A stretch of DNA of 64,000 bases from the human T2T-CHM13v2.0 reference genome, Homo sapiens: the NCBI RefSeq assembly GCF_009914755.1, contig NC_060931.1; one strand, written 5' to 3'. The translations under genes and the position numbers were made by a program. Below the pieces are notes generated by a model. That model was not told where the DNA came from. It did not search any database and was given only the letters and a program-made list of their open reading frames with translations. This document shows positions 13,551 through 28,266 of the stretch, one piece after another; the first letter of the stretch is position 1, and every line of letters begins with the position of its first letter.

Positions 13551-14929
13551 GTACCCAAAGAAGGAAAGACCACTTACTATAAACTCACCTTGAAAAGATC
13601 CTCCTAACCATGTGTAATCCCAATTCATGTAGTTTACGTTGTTCCTACAGCTGTCAAATGATTTAAAATTAAAGTGGAAATTAAAAAGAATAATTTATCC
13701 TTTTCTATTAATTGCATCAGGAACATTGAGATTCTGTAACTTGATATAATGTACTCTGTAGTGGAGGTCTTCATAATAATATTTTCCAATGCTAATAAAA
13801 TAATTACTTGAATATACTTCTCAAATTTCAATTAGTTAGACATATATTTTGAAATTTAAATTTTAAATATTTTTATAATTAACCTTGACATCATCTCCAG
13901 GAACTGGAAAACAATGAAATTTTCTACATTCCATAAATGGTACAGACAAAATAATTCATTTCTTCAAGACTTGCTGCAAACTGGTGGCAGTCTGGGAATA
14001 AAACCAAGTTCGTTGGTATTCCATCTGCTGCATTATATGGGATTTTACTAGGCAATTTTACAAAATAAAATTCAGAAGTTTGGGGAAATAGTCTTAGGCA
14101 TTCATATACTGTTTTCTAATTACATAATCTACCCCTCCATATGTATGTGTGTGTGTGTCTGTGTGTACATGAATGTGTATGTATGTACTGTAGATAAATC
14201 TTTCTTTTCATCTTTATGAAAGGAAAAATGAGAATTTGGAATATGTGTATTAAAAATAGTACTTAAGCACTGAAGAAACTCTAGAAAGGAGTAAAACATT
14301 TATTTTCATGGATTACAAATAATATGAGCTTTTCACAGTCCTTGGTTTGTATAAATGGTACAAAAGTGCGTAATATGTGTGTTTTAGGGTAGTATCCATG
14401 TATCATTTTCTTATAAAAACTTTCAAGCAAGTTGTCATGTTGACAAAATAGCTTGAAAATTCTCATGCTTAAATATAGTTTTTCCTTTTCTGTATTTAAA
14501 TGTTCCATAATCATATATTCATCAACTCTATTTACAGATATTTCTATTAGGGTTTTTATTTGCCTTGACATTAATGCTTGGTAACTCTAGTTAATAGCAC
14601 ATCAGATAACAAGCCTGGACCCAAGGGAGAATAGGGATTTCAAATTTAAGTAGTTGATTTTATGAATTCTTATATGTTATTGAAGGTATCAAATGTCACA
14701 TTTTGTCAAGATTGAAGTTGAATATGCCATTTATTATAATTTTATTAAATTATTGAGTTTATTTTTTTCTTTCATCTATTTACTCAGCCAACAACTGAGC
14801 CTAGGACATCTCTGAACATACAGTGGTGAGTGGCACAGCCTAGACCACGGTGACTAGATTGTCTGCGGCAGAAAAATTGTCTTTTGAATTTTGATCCCAA
14901 GATTGGTGATGGTGAGGGATAGTCTTCTT

Positions 14930-15065
14930 CTGTCTAGTTGTGACACTTTGGGCAACTTAAATTCTATACATTGCTTGCTTCTTATCTGTAAAATGAAAAA
15001 CAAGCAAATATCAAATTATTGTTGTGTAATTGAATGAGTCAAGGTGTATAACTTATGCAGTATAG
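14930..15065 (+). mobile_element. MIR SINE remnant
   Basis: Core ctagttgtgacactttgggcaactta...ttcttatctgtaaaatg. Confidence 0.55.
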
Positions 15066-15277
15066 TTTTTAATACTTTGAAGTGGCTTGAAACATGTTTT
15101 GTTCCCTTTCTGAGGCTGTCTGTGGCCAATGAAACTCTGATAATAATAATAAATCTGAGACCCTTTTATTTGAATACAGTTTGAGGCATTTCATAAGTAA
15201 CCATTACATTGTTTTGCCAATTGTTCCCCCATATAAAGTAGTTGAGAATTTGATTAGCTTAGTAGCACTCAGTTTTA

Positions 15278-15505
15278 TGGCTACAACCTCCACCTCCCAG
15301 GTTCAAGTGATCCTCCTGCCTCAGCCCCTAGAGTAACTGGGATTACAGGCGCCCAGCACCACACCCGGCTAATTTTTGTATTTTTAGTAGAGACAGGGTT
15401 TCACCATGTTGGCCAGGATGGTCTTGAACTCTTGACCCCAGATGATCCACCCACCTCGACCTCCCAAAGTGATGGGATTACGGGTGTGAGCCACCATGCC
15501 TGGCC
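15278..15505 (-). mobile_element. AluS (Sx/Sz-like) lacking its 3' ~55 bp and A-tail
   Basis: Complete left arm and mid A-rich linker. The right arm stops at ...caacctccacctccc. Confidence 0.9.
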
Positions 15506-15722
15506 TCTTTCCTTCTTTTAATTATTCCTCTCAGTCTTTCTGTCTCTCATTCTATTAGTTATTTCACTTTTCCTTCAAGTTATATAGAAGTTGAAATATA
15601 TGAGTTAGTGAGCAAAATACAATAAACCTGTAACTTTTTTTATATATAGCTCATTGATTGATATAAACTATTTGATCACGGAAATATGACCATGTAAATC
15701 AAACAACTTAGATACTATTTAC

Positions 15723-15774
15723 TTTGCCATTACTTCTAATGGCAAAAACCACAGTTACTTTTGTATCAACCTAA
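15723..15774. mobile_element. MADE1 (Hsmar1-derived MITE), one TIR truncated
   Basis: tttgccattacttctaatggcaaaaaccacagttacttttgtatcaacctaa matches the centre and one TIR of MADE1. Confidence 0.85.
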
Positions 15775-16789
15775 TGCATAATACATAATTACATTTGTAT
15801 CTACCTAATACATAAAAATTGAGCTATTATAGAGGGCTTATGCTTCAGTGCAGTTTTTACATTGATTTATAAAAAGTAAATTTCAATGACTTTTTTGTTG
15901 GTAATCTGTATTGTTCTGAACTGTTCTTTTGGTACCATATTTTTGTTTGGAAGTAGTGGATGTATATTTGATCTATTATTTCTTATCATTGGGTAATTTG
16001 ATTATTTTAAGAGTAGATATTTATTATTCCCCTGATTGTTAAAAAGTAATAATGGCATGTAACAAGAGTATAATGAAAATACTTGTTCCAAACGTGTAAT
16101 ATTTATCAAACTGACTTGATTATCTATACACATATATGCACACGATATTATAAAGTGTTAATCATTTTATGAAGAGATGTTTTTTCATTAGAATGCATTT
16201 TCCCTCATAATTTTAGATTCTTTTTTTCTATATTAATATGACATTTTGATTCTTCTTCAAATTAGCAGTGAAGAACTTTTCTTATTGGCGGTCTTATTTT
16301 GCTGCTTTTTCTCCCATCATCTCTATAATGACTGTGCTGAGCATCACAATTGTTTGAGACAGTTTTACTTGCATTTCCTGGAGGCACTTCCCCTTTAACT
16401 TCTATATAAGATCAATATTTAATCACCTTTTTAAAATCTAAATTTATACCATGTCTCTCCAAAACGAACTATTTGTCTATCATGTGCTGTTTCTTCATAT
16501 TTTAAGTCCTAAATGGATTAGAGGTAATAATTGAGTGTAAGTTTCAAAGAAAATATGACTGCTTGAAAGAATAAATTGAATGTGTGGAAAATTAAATTTT
16601 TCACTTAATACAATTAATAAAGGTCACATTCTTCATATATATGTAAGTGTTCAACTTATACTTGATTAGGAGTTAGGCAATACAATGTATATGGCAATTA
16701 ATTAAAAAAAATTCATGAATATAAATCTGCTACTTTTTGTTAAATTACTGTGTGAACGGGTTTTTTTCAAGGTTTATTTTATGTAATGT

Positions 16790-16915
16790 TCAAACAACAC
16801 TGAGCAATAGCTATAGTATTTCTATATTATATGTAAGAAACCTGAGATCTTAAAATTAAGCAATTTGTCATAAATTGCCCTGCTGGTAAATCATAGGCTC
16901 AATATTTAACTCATT
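16790..16915 (-). mobile_element. MIR remnant
   Basis: tatatgtaagaaacctgag...aagcaatttgtc...ctgctggtaaat resembles the reverse MIR core. Confidence 0.4.
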
Positions 16916-16949
16916 TACATTCACACTATCTTCAAGAATTATTTCATTT

Positions 16950-17385
16950 TTATTTTCTCACTGGGATTATTACAGTGTCCTCCTAATCACTCTCCCCTCA
17001 AATCTCGTGCTTCCACTACCCTTAATATTATCTACTTAATAGCCAGAATCTACTTTCTATAAAAATATGTGACATGTCCCTTTATTTAATAAAATTCTAC
17101 ATATCCTTGAGGTTTGTTTCAATACCATCTTTTTCAGATATTGTTTCCTTACCCTTTTATTTCCTCCAGCCTTAACTACTTCTATTTTAGTTGTCATACT
17201 TCCTGTATATTTGTAAGGTATGACTTAACACCTAATGAATTATAGTTGTACGTTTACTTGTCTTTCTTCAACACCTGACTATGAAATTTTGGCAATAATA
17301 GTCTATATTTTATTTCCATGTTCCTTTCTTCTAACAGAATGTTCGGCTTGCAGTCAATTCTTTAAAATACTATATGAATGAAGAT
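16950..17385 (+). mobile_element. L2 remnants
   Basis: ctgggattattacagtgtcctcctaa near the start, and gtttacttgtctttc...gactatgaa...tatgaatgaa as the 3' tail. Confidence 0.45.
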
Positions 17386-18191
17386 TAAGTGCGTATCTAT
17401 ACATAAGAAAGTCATGAGAGCCTTGGTAAATTGCAATAAACCTAATATCTTGGCCTCAATTTTTGGAATTTAAAGTCATTTATGAAGAACATACAAAAAT
17501 AATAGTGATATTTTAAGTATGAATATATGACTTTTACAAAATGTCCAGTTAATAAAATATTGTGTATATCAAGTGATAATTAAATAAATCACTTCACTGA
17601 CTCTGCATCTCCTATAAAAATAATCTTATGATAAATTTTTTCATAGAGCAACATTTTATTTATGATATATTTTAATTCCCTGGGCTAACTGTTTCACTAC
17701 AAATTTTTTGAATGATAGTATTTATTTATACTAATAGGAAATATTTTAGAAAATTTATGGAGTATGTATGCATATGTTCCATATCTTTTCTATAATTTTA
17801 TTGATAATATAAACAAATAGTATTTTTATATTTACATATAATCACAATAATATTTTTAAATGCAGGAGGTAATATTTGGATAGTAATATCAAAATTATTT
17901 TTGGAGGTTAAAAACTTAGGTAGGTTCAATTTTAACTTGTACTTATTGGCTTTCCCATCTCTTTCTCTTTCGCTTAATCATATTGGGTCATTTTCTATAT
18001 TTCTTCACATTTTTTCACAAGTTAACATCTCTAAAATGATATGTATTTTATGGTTGCTTTAGAACTGGTGGCAAGTATATGTTATTTGATATTCCCTATT
18101 ATGTGTTTCTTTAAATATACACACGTGAATGCTTTCTGATAAAAAGTGTTTGTCCAAATGATAAAGGAATTTTTCAATAAGTATAAAATAA

Positions 18192-18503
<312 letters not shown>

Positions 18504-21500
18504 TTAATTAAAAAATAATAAAGTAACTCATATAGCTAAATTGAGATTTTTTTAAGTTTTTTTAGGCATTTTGGAATAATGCATTTTATACTGATGATAG
18601 GTTTAATGAAATGTTGTGTATATGTCTCCAGCACTTGAACTTTTAGACATTCCTAAGAACAAGCCAGGAACCTGAATTTGTTTTTTCACTGTACTTATAT
18701 ATGCTGTGCACTTTAAATATAGGCATTTAAATATTTGTCAAAGAAATACTTGATTTAAAAACGAGAATTGAAATAAGGAAACTTAAGGGAGGCAACAGAA
18801 AATTCTCATGTAAAAACATAACATGTTTGTTAAATCTTTTCGACATTTCAAAACACACTTTGCCAAACAATTTACAAAATATTTTTATATTTAAAGTAAA
18901 CTCAGATAGTGATTATAAATAATAAAATAAATTAAAACAAAAAAATTTTCTAACTATATTTAGACCAGCACTATCTAATTATGTGTTTGATAAAAATAAA
19001 AATAAAACATATTTTGGATCACTGATATTTTTATCATAATTGAATGTCTTATAAATAATTCTGCCATTAGAAAAATTGTATAATGTCCTTAATTCTCCAC
19101 AATGAGTTATATTATGTTACCACTGAAATGAACAAACACAATATACGTAAGTGGCGAAATAGTGTTGCTCACTACAATTTAAATATCATTTAATTTAACA
19201 TTTATTAAAACCAACATATTTGACAATATGAATTTTTAATTTATACTAAAACAAGTTTTCCTTTAAATGTTCTTAAATGAAAATCATTTCTGCCAACAAA
19301 AAATGAAGAAAGAGAAATTTGACAATTCTAAATTTCTACTTTATGCAACTAAGAATGGGAGGGATATGTTTTTTCATACAATAAATGATAAATCTTGTTT
19401 AGTTTATAAAGAATTAAGGGCACTAAAAACTGTGAGTATAAAATAAAAATCCTACAGCCTTAGTTGGTTGCCTTTCTTCTCACAAAATGTTTAAAGTGAT
19501 CCTTGACATTTTCAAAACAGAGTTTGAGAAGCCATTTATATGAACTTTCTATTGTTAAATTAACTACGTAGACTCTAATCTTAGGTAATTTTAATTATGT
19601 GTAGCACATATTTAATCATAAAGTTGGAAGTCTAAGATTGAGATACTAGGACACCACTCTCTCTAAAATTTTATATTTAAACAAAGTGAAAAGACCATGT
19701 TCAAGATATTTTACTAAAAGAAACTACATATGCTCAATACATTAATCTATTTTCTATTTTTAGAATTACATGAAAATACTAGTATTTGAATGTTTTCTGT
19801 GATATGATCATTTGTAATTAACATAATTAGTTTACATAAATATACATGTATACATATTTATCTCACAGATTGGTAATGAATATCCATATGTATAGTGTAT
19901 TTCTCAGCATTCTTTTATTTGGATATTTATTCTTAATGGAAGTTTTATAAATAATAACATTTAATTTTCTTCCATTTGTTCTGTATATTCAGAACATACA
20001 GAAAACAAGTTGATTACTTTCTAAAATAATTAGCACCAATCTTTGACAGTGCAATTGTTTATCTGTATACAAAGTAATGATTTAATAGGGAGTGTCAAAT
20101 AAATCTTGTTGCTAGTCAGATTTATGGTGGAAAAGTCAACAAGGAATTAAGTCAAGAAAAGGAATAATGTTGTAGGTGGAAAAGAAGTTCATAAATTATT
20201 TCTTGTCAATGGTAAAACTATTGGTATGCTCTGCATGCAATTTTGACTGAACAAAAACCTGTCATTCACTGTATCCCTAATCTGATATTTCAGTTAACTT
20301 AATCTTGGGAAGCATTATGTTTCAAAGATTATGAAATTAGGGAAAAATGAACAACTACAGATACTTTCTTTGAAAATGACCTCACTCTTAAGATTATGAC
20401 AACATGTATATGTACCTATTTGGTGCATTTACTTTCCTGTTTAAGGTCTCATTATTTTTAATTATTTTACCAGTTCTATATTTCTAAAGACACAGCCAAA
20501 TAACTGATCATGTAAACCAATGATATGAAAAATTAAATTCAGTAAAACCAGGCAAAGGCTAAAACACATTGCAATAAAATAGTTGTAATCTAAACTTTCT
20601 TCTAAATAATTATTACTTTCCTGACTGGTATAGCAGGATGTACTCAATAACCTATTTATATGATTGTATAATTGATATAATTATCATAATTAATAATCAT
20701 AGTTTACCTGTTACATTTTGCCTTTTCACTTAAAATAATAGAAGAAATTCAGACTCTCATGGTTAACACAATATATACACACATAATATAAACTATTTAA
20801 TACTTTAAAATAGTCATATACCTAGTTATGAATCCATGCTGATTTACTATGAAATTTTACCAAGTAGTATAGTTTGAGTATAGATAGCTCTGTACAATAT
20901 TCTAATCTAAATTGGTAAATTGAAGGGTAGCTAATGATTATTATGAGTATCATTGTCTGTTATACTATATTGCTGTCAAATTAGCTTAATGAATTTCAAA
21001 ACACATTTTGATTGTGAATATAATACTGGTTTCATATATGCTTGGTTAGTAGTGGTATAACAAAACCAATTGTCTTTACATGATGATGTCTAAGAATTCA
21101 GCAATCCAACCATTTAAACAAGAGCTCAAACCTCAAAGACAGTAGTCTGTTGGTCAAGCATCTTTCTACTTCTCAGAGAATCCACAATGCAATCTCAACC
21201 CTGTGGATGTGTATTCTTCCATCTGCTTGAGAGGAAGATTTTTCTACAATGTTCTTGTCAGTGTATTGGAGGCCATAAGTAACAACGTTGGTATCACTCA
21301 ATTAGATGGCAGAAAGAGCAATTTCTCTCTAAGTACTGTTAGGTTAAACAAGTTGAATGACTTTGTTCCTTTGCTTATAAATGACTGTGCTTTTTTCCCC
21401 CACTGAGGGATTGATTTGGCCTAGAATTTCCTTTTCATCAGGATGTGCTCACACAGAAGCAAGACATGGAAGTGAGAACTTATAGATTGCTCCTTCTCCA

Positions 21501-21809
21501 CCTCCAACATACAAGAAAATTTATGTGCATAAAAATGTATATGACATTCACCCATTGGTCCATTGTTAGGACCATTCATTTTACTTAATATGTACATATT
21601 TTCTATTTTTTTATTTGGACAGTTAAAACTACCACATCTGATTGGAATAATCATTCTAGTGTTTTAAAATCATAACAAATTATTTATTTCAAAATAAATC
21701 CATAGAAGTTGGATTATTAGGCATATGAGCCTAGTAATGCATATGATAATTTTTAAAAAAAAATCAGGTATCTTTTATGTCAGCTTAAACTTATGTGAAA
21801 TTGTGTAGC

Positions 21810-21985
21810 TCATATGTGAACTTACATTGTAGTAAGAACACTTAACATGAGATCTAACCCCTTAAGTTTCTAAGTGTAAAATAGAGTATTGTTAACAATA
21901 GGAACAATATCATACAGCAGATCGCTAGAATGTATTCATTTTACATTATGGGCATTTTTATGTTTTTTGATTTGTACTACCATGT
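21810..21985 (-). mobile_element. L1MA/L1MB 3'UTR fragment
   Basis: gtaagaacacttaacatgagatcta...gtattgttaacaatagg...tacagcagatcgctagaa. Confidence 0.6.
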
Positions 21986-22699
21986 TGTTCTTCAATAGGA
22001 TATATCAAAGTATATCATCATAGTATGTGAATGTCTTCTTTAAGCCTTACTATTTCTTAATCTGAATCACTTGCTTATATATTAAGCAAAACATTGCAAC
22101 TTTATTTTGAATTTCTTTGCTTACTATTAGAATGGCATTTTCCCATATGTTTGTTCATTACTTTTTGCTTGAAGTGAACTTTTCATTTAATTTTTCCAAT
22201 TACTATATGAGATCCTAATGTTTTCATGTACATTTAAATAAATCATTTATGCACAATATACAGTAACCAAGTATGTTTTGCTTAGTATTAATAATTTCAC
22301 TTCATTTTATCTTAATTACAGTATATTCTAGGTTTCACTAAAGTTTCATAATTTGTGCAGCATAGACTTGTAATCTTTTTGTGATTGTTGGTTAAAATTC
22401 TGGTACATTTTTTATAACACAGTTCTAACAAATATTTATTTAACTTTGTCATAAACTATAAAAATTTTATTTTTATTATGTTTATGTAATCTATGCTTTT
22501 TCTCAGCTTGCAAACATGTTCAATTATTTACTTTCAAAAGTAGGTAAATTTGGATTTATTTCCAATAATATGACAGGTTATATAGAGTAGGATGTGATTC
22601 CCACTGACAAATCACCTACAATGACTAACCAAAACATAGAAAATGTTTTAAGTATGAAGTTTAAATAGAAGGAGAATTATGGAAAGCCCAAGAGGTAGA

Positions 22700-23085
22700 A
22701 AAACACTTACAAGGAAATATTGATAAATTTGACTAGATTAAAAATTAGGGATCTCTATTCATCAAAAAACACAACAAAGAATGTGGACAAAAACAAAGTT
22801 AACAACTGGGGAAAGATATTTGATACACATAGAAAATATGTTTGAAACACATATAACAGAAAAATCCAAGTTTGTAAGAAACTATAGGAGAAGATATATG
22901 TGTATATATATAATGTGTGTGTGTATATACATATATAAATATATAAAATAGATAAATAAGTGAAAGAAAAGAGAAAATTGATGGCTTGTAAACATTTGAA
23001 AATATGTTAAGCCTAATTGAGAATAAGTATGTAAATTAAGACCACAATGAGATGTATCTGTCCACCTATAAGATGGCAATTTCTC
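22700..23085 (+). mobile_element. L1ME-like ORF2 3' fragments interrupted by a (TA/TG) repeat
   Basis: attgataaatttgactagattaaaaatta...gggaaagatatttg and tgtaaattaagaccacaatgagat. Confidence 0.55.
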
Positions 23086-23244
23086 CAAATTCCTATCATT
23101 AGCATTAATCTTCCCTTGAATTCCAATCCCATGTCCCCAGCTTTCTACTCTATTAAAACTGTACTTGGATGACTATGCTTGTTCAAATGCTCTTTTTGTC
23201 ATATTTCCCATCTTTATAATTTTATACTTTGATCGTTTAGGAAA

Positions 23245-23693
23245 AAAAAAACACGTAGACTCTTTCCTGACTACTCTCTTTCTCTCACATTCAGTCAGAG
23301 ACATTCACCCTGTTAGTAAATCCATAGGCTCTACCTGTGAATTATATCCAGGAATTCACAACTTTCTCACCAGTTATTCTGCTGCCATCCAGGCAGAAAA
23401 ACAAATTATATTCCAATAATTTCCCTGCTCTTCTCTTTCTTCATTATAGACTATTTACAAAACAGAAACTAAAGTGACCCTTTGAATACATGAATGATAT
23501 CTTGTCACTTCTCTGCTCAAAACATTCCCATAACTTCCCATTTCTTTCAAAGTAAGAGCCAAAATTCTCCCAAAGGCTTTGCAATACGCAGCATCATCTG
23601 GGTCATCGGTAGTTCCTCCTGTTCTTTTACTAATTCATTGCAGCTAGCTATCCTAGCCTCTTTGCTCTCTCTCTCTCTCCCTCTTTCTTTCTC

Positions 23694-23736
<43 letters not shown>

Positions 23737-23973
23737 AAATATATCAGGCACCCTCCAGCCCCTCCACCTTCTTTCTATTTTTTTAATTTAATATGTGATA
23801 TTATCATTTAGTAAACTAGTAATTTACTTTTTATGTCTCCTGTTCATAGTTGGCCTCTCCTCACTAGGATGTAAGCTCCATGGAAGCAGCTTATTTATTC
23901 TTGAATGTATCACAAGATGCTAAAACAATATTTGGTACAGAATTGTTCTTATTTATTAATTAAAGGAATGAAT
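23245..23973 (+). mobile_element. L2a remnant
   Basis: ctctctttctctcacatt...aaatccataggctctacct, cacttctctgctcaaaacattcccaataacttccca, and ctaggatgtaagctccatg...gaatgaat. Confidence 0.7.
23665..23734 (+). repeat. Compound (CT)n-(GT)~17 microsatellite
   Basis: Read directly from the sequence. Confidence 0.95.
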
Positions 23974-25437
23974 CCCCGTAATGCACATTTTACGATACAA
24001 ATAATGTGCCTGCTACTAAGAAGACAGACAAAGATGTATTACTATTCTGGAGTGGTGAAAACAATCTAATGGGTAAGGAGGTACGGGTTACAGTTTATTA
24101 GAACAGAGAAAAGCCATTTTCCAGGGCCATAAGGGCTGCATACCAGGTACTAGGGTCTATAACTTTACTAGAAAGAGGAATCCATCTGTAGTGGTTACTT
24201 CAGAAGATATTAACACCTGGTTAACTTTATTGTATGGCAATGTCATCTCATTAAATTTTGCTATTTATAAATTTGAATAGGGATGCTATGGGAATCAGTA
24301 ATATAGTAAGTTTCTAGCCAATATTTTCTTAACCATGTGATTGTCATAGTCCCCAAGACTACCGCTTGGCCAGAAAGATTCTTCAGAATGTGATCCAGGT
24401 TAGAGTCAGTATACAGTAGCTCATAAATATTTGGATCATTCATTTTGCATAGTGCAGAGTTGCCTTAGAAAATGGCAGCAATTCATCTTAGGAGAGATCA
24501 AGTGAACAAGTTTGTTGATTATGGAAAGCTGTTTCCCCAAAGTTTCCCAGCTCTCATTTTATTCAAGGATATCTAGATTAAGAACTAATTCATGTCTGTG
24601 ACCTGGCAAGAGGACATAAACTATTTTTGTTTTGTGTTTTGCTTTGTTTTATTTTTAAGAGGCTGAAGTTAGGTCTTTGTTGAAAAGACTAAGATATTTT
24701 TCCTCCCTAATGAAAATCAACTAATAGCATAATGAATTTAATTGTATCTACCACCATCTCAGTATGATTGGAAATCTACTGGGATTCTGCTCCTACTCCT
24801 ACCAACATTCCCATTCCAAAATAAAATGTGAATCAAACTGTTTCTAAATAATGTGGTGCTTTACTCACCAATCTAGCTTTCAAGACTTTAATGAATGGAG
24901 AGTTTCATAGGGTGGCTTCATGATTTAGTTGGGAGAGAGGAAGGAGCATGATATATCCAATACATATTCCAGTCCCTTGGAATTATTGATTTTTTTCTCT
25001 ATATTAGTTCAAGTGTTTCTGGCCTCCTGCTGATGTTTAGAACAGGCTGTTTAAATCTAGACTTTCAATAGATAATAGAATACCATTGCTTATGAGATAA
25101 CATTAAATACAAAATAATATTAATTAATTTTTGTTTAGTATACTGAATTCAATAATTGAATGTACTGTTATGCAACTGTGGATCACAGGCTATACATCTT
25201 TATACAGATATAGTCTCGTTCCCCCTATATTTCCAGAAAGCAAATTTCAAATACACAATGGAAACTAAAGAAATGTCATCTAAAATCCATTTTCTGTTGC
25301 TAATGTATAAATTTGTCATATATTAGAATATGCCATTAGAATGGAAAATGAATTTGTGTCTTTGGGAAATATTGAATTATCCCTGAGTCTTTGAAAGCTG
25401 TTGCTGAAATAAACTTTAGCAGTTTGTCTACATTTTT

Positions 25438-26697
25438 CTCTTTTTCCCTTTCTTTATTTCTTCTAAAAATAATGGGATACATGTGCAGAATGTGCAGGTT
25501 TGTTACATAGGTACACGTGTTCCATGGTGGTTTGCTGCATCTACTAACCCATAGTCTAAGTTCCCTCCCTTCACTTCCCAACCCCCAACAGGCCCAGGTA
25601 TGTGTTATTCCTCTCTCAGTGTCCAAGTGTTCTCAATGTTCATCTCCCACTTATGAGTGAAAACATGAGGTGTTTGGTTTTCTGTTCCTGTTTTAGTTTG
25701 CTGAAGATGATGGCTTCCAGCTTCATCCATATCCTTGCAAAGGACATGATCTCATTCCTTTTTATGGCTGCATAGTATTCGATGGTGTATATGTACTACA
25801 TTTTCTTTATCCAGTCTATCATTGAGGGGCATTTGGTTTGGTTCCATGTCCTTGCTATTTTAAGTTGTGTTGCAATAAAAATACGTGTGCATGTGTCTTT
25901 ATAATAGAATTATTTATATTCCATTTGACCCAGTAATGGGATGGCTGGGTCAAATGGTATTTCTGGCTCTAGATCCTTGAGAAATCACCATGCTGTCTTT
26001 TACAATGGTTGAACTAATTTACATTCCCACCGACAGTGTAAAAGTGTTCCTATTTCTTCACAGCCTTGCCAGCATCTATAGTTTCTTGACTTAATTGCCT
26101 TTCTGACTGGCATGAGATGGTATCTCATAGTGGTTTTGATTTGCATTTCTTTGATGATCCGTGATGTTGCGTTTGTTTGTTTGTTTTTTTTCATGTATTT
26201 GTTGGCTGTGTAAATGTCTTCTTTTGAGAAATGTCTGTCCATAACATTTGTCCACTTTTTGATGGGGTTATTTTTTTTTTTCTTATAAATATGATTAGGT
26301 TCCTTGTAAATTCTGGATATTAAACCTTTGTCAGATGGGTAGATTGCAAAAATTTTCTCCCACTCTGTAGGTTGCCTGTTCAGTCTGATGATAGTTTCTT
26401 TTGATGTGCAGAATCTCTTTAGTTTAATTAGCTCCCATTTGTCAATTTTGACTTTTGTTGCAATTGCTTTTGGCATCTTCATCATGAAAGTCTTTGCCCA
26501 TGCCTATGTCCTGAATGGTATTGCCTAGGTTTTCTTCTAGGGTTTTTACAGTTTTGGGTTTTACATTTAAGTCTTTAATCCATTTTGAGTTAATTTTTGT
26601 ACAAGGTGTAAAGAAGGGGTCCAGTTTCAGTTTTTTGTATATGGCTAGTTAGTTTTCCCAGCACCATTTACTGAATAGGAGATCCTTTCCCCATTGC
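25438..26697 (-). mobile_element. L1PA8A-like 5'-truncated LINE-1
   Basis: 3' end ttcttctaaaaataatgggatacatgtgcagaa. ORF 26000..26485 is the ORF2 C-terminus. Probable TSD CATTTTT (25431-25437 / 26697-26703) at a TTTT/AG site. Confidence 0.9.
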
Positions 26698-27128
26698 ATT
26701 TTTTTAGCTTTCTTGTTGTCCCCATTGATCATTGGTAAGCCATGGCTGGAAAATACACTGCATTTTATTGGCAATGTTTAGTTCAGATAAGCACTACTGG
26801 TAAAATTATCTATGGCCATATGTTTCAACCAGCTTTAGATAGTCGTTGTGTTCAATCATCTTTTACTGGATTAGCTTGGAGGTCCAAAGCTAAAATAGCA
26901 TAATTAAAGACTTTGAAGAACTCACATTTGAATGATGCATTGCAAAAAACACTTATAATATTTAGAACTTATAATGCATTTATAAGCCAGTGGCCAAAGA
27001 TAAACAACTAAGATCAAGGGAATACATTCAATCCTTAATCTGTACACCCTGCAGTATCAGATATGAGTATGTCAGCCTAATTGCTAATTTTCCAGTATCT
27101 ATTAATCCAAATATATTTAGTAACATTA

Positions 27129-27593
27129 TGTAGTGGTGTAAATTGGTGGTGCCATAAAAATTATTTCCATATTCTAATCCATGGAACCTATGAATCTTAC
27201 TTTATTTAAATAAACAGTCTTTGAAGATGTTATTAAATTGAGGATTTTGATATGGAGACATTTTCCTAGATTATCCAAGTGGACTTCAAATTTAATAATC
27301 ATTGACCTTTTAAGAGATAAGCAGAGAAAAAGGTAGACACACACACAAAAGAAAGTGATATGAAGACAGAGGCATAAATTGGAGGCTGTGGCCATAAGCC
27401 GAACAAGTTAACAACCACCAGAAGCTGTAAGCGGCATGAGACAGATTTTCCCCAAGAGTGTCTTTAGGGAGTACCCTACACCCACCTTGGTTTGCGACTT
27501 CTGACCTGCCGAACTCTGAGAGAATAAATTTCTGTTGTTTGAAGTCATCAAGTTTGTTGTAATTTGTTACAGGAGCCCTAGGAAACTAATACA
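27129..27593 (+). mobile_element. MLT1C-like MaLR solo LTR
   Basis: TG...CA termini, 465 bp, gagagaataaatttctgttg...ccctaggaaactaataca. 5-bp TSD CATTA/CATTT. Confidence 0.88.
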
Positions 27594-28266
27594 CATTTAA
27601 AAATATCAGACAATCTGTTGGGAAATAGGAATAATATTCTTTACTGAGATCAGCATTGGATCAGGCATAGAAATATGGTATTATGTCTATGGATGTTCTG
27701 TGTAGAAAGACCACCTGTCTAGTCTCTGAAACTTTCTTGGCAAAGGTATTTAAGACCTTAGAAGTATTATTGCTCCTACAAATTGCCATATCATAGCATA
27801 AAGTGTATTTTTCACCATTCCAACTTTCTTAAAATCTTAAAATGGACCCAAGAACGTGTTTCAGAATGCCCCCCTCAGAAGTTAAGATTTTATGTCTCAA
27901 ATTGTGGCCCAGTTCATTTCCTTCTTGACTGTACTTTAAAGATCATATTATCTGGATCGCAGTTGCTACCTTTGGTGTAACTATGTTCTTTCATCTTGGT
28001 TTATTTACATTCTTCCCAATTATAAACAAATAAACTCTATTATACTGTGCTGAAATTGCACAGATTGAGTTAGCATCTGTTTTCTTCTGTAACCTTATAA
28101 AACCACATGTTTAATATTCATCTCTCACTGTAAAAGAAAAATCAAAAATGTTCTCTGACAAGATTACTTTCTTTACTGCCATATGCATGTAACATAAAAG
28201 TGTTAAAATTTATCTCTATAGTTCCAGAAGGAAATATAAGTGAATAATTTTATATCTATAGATGCA

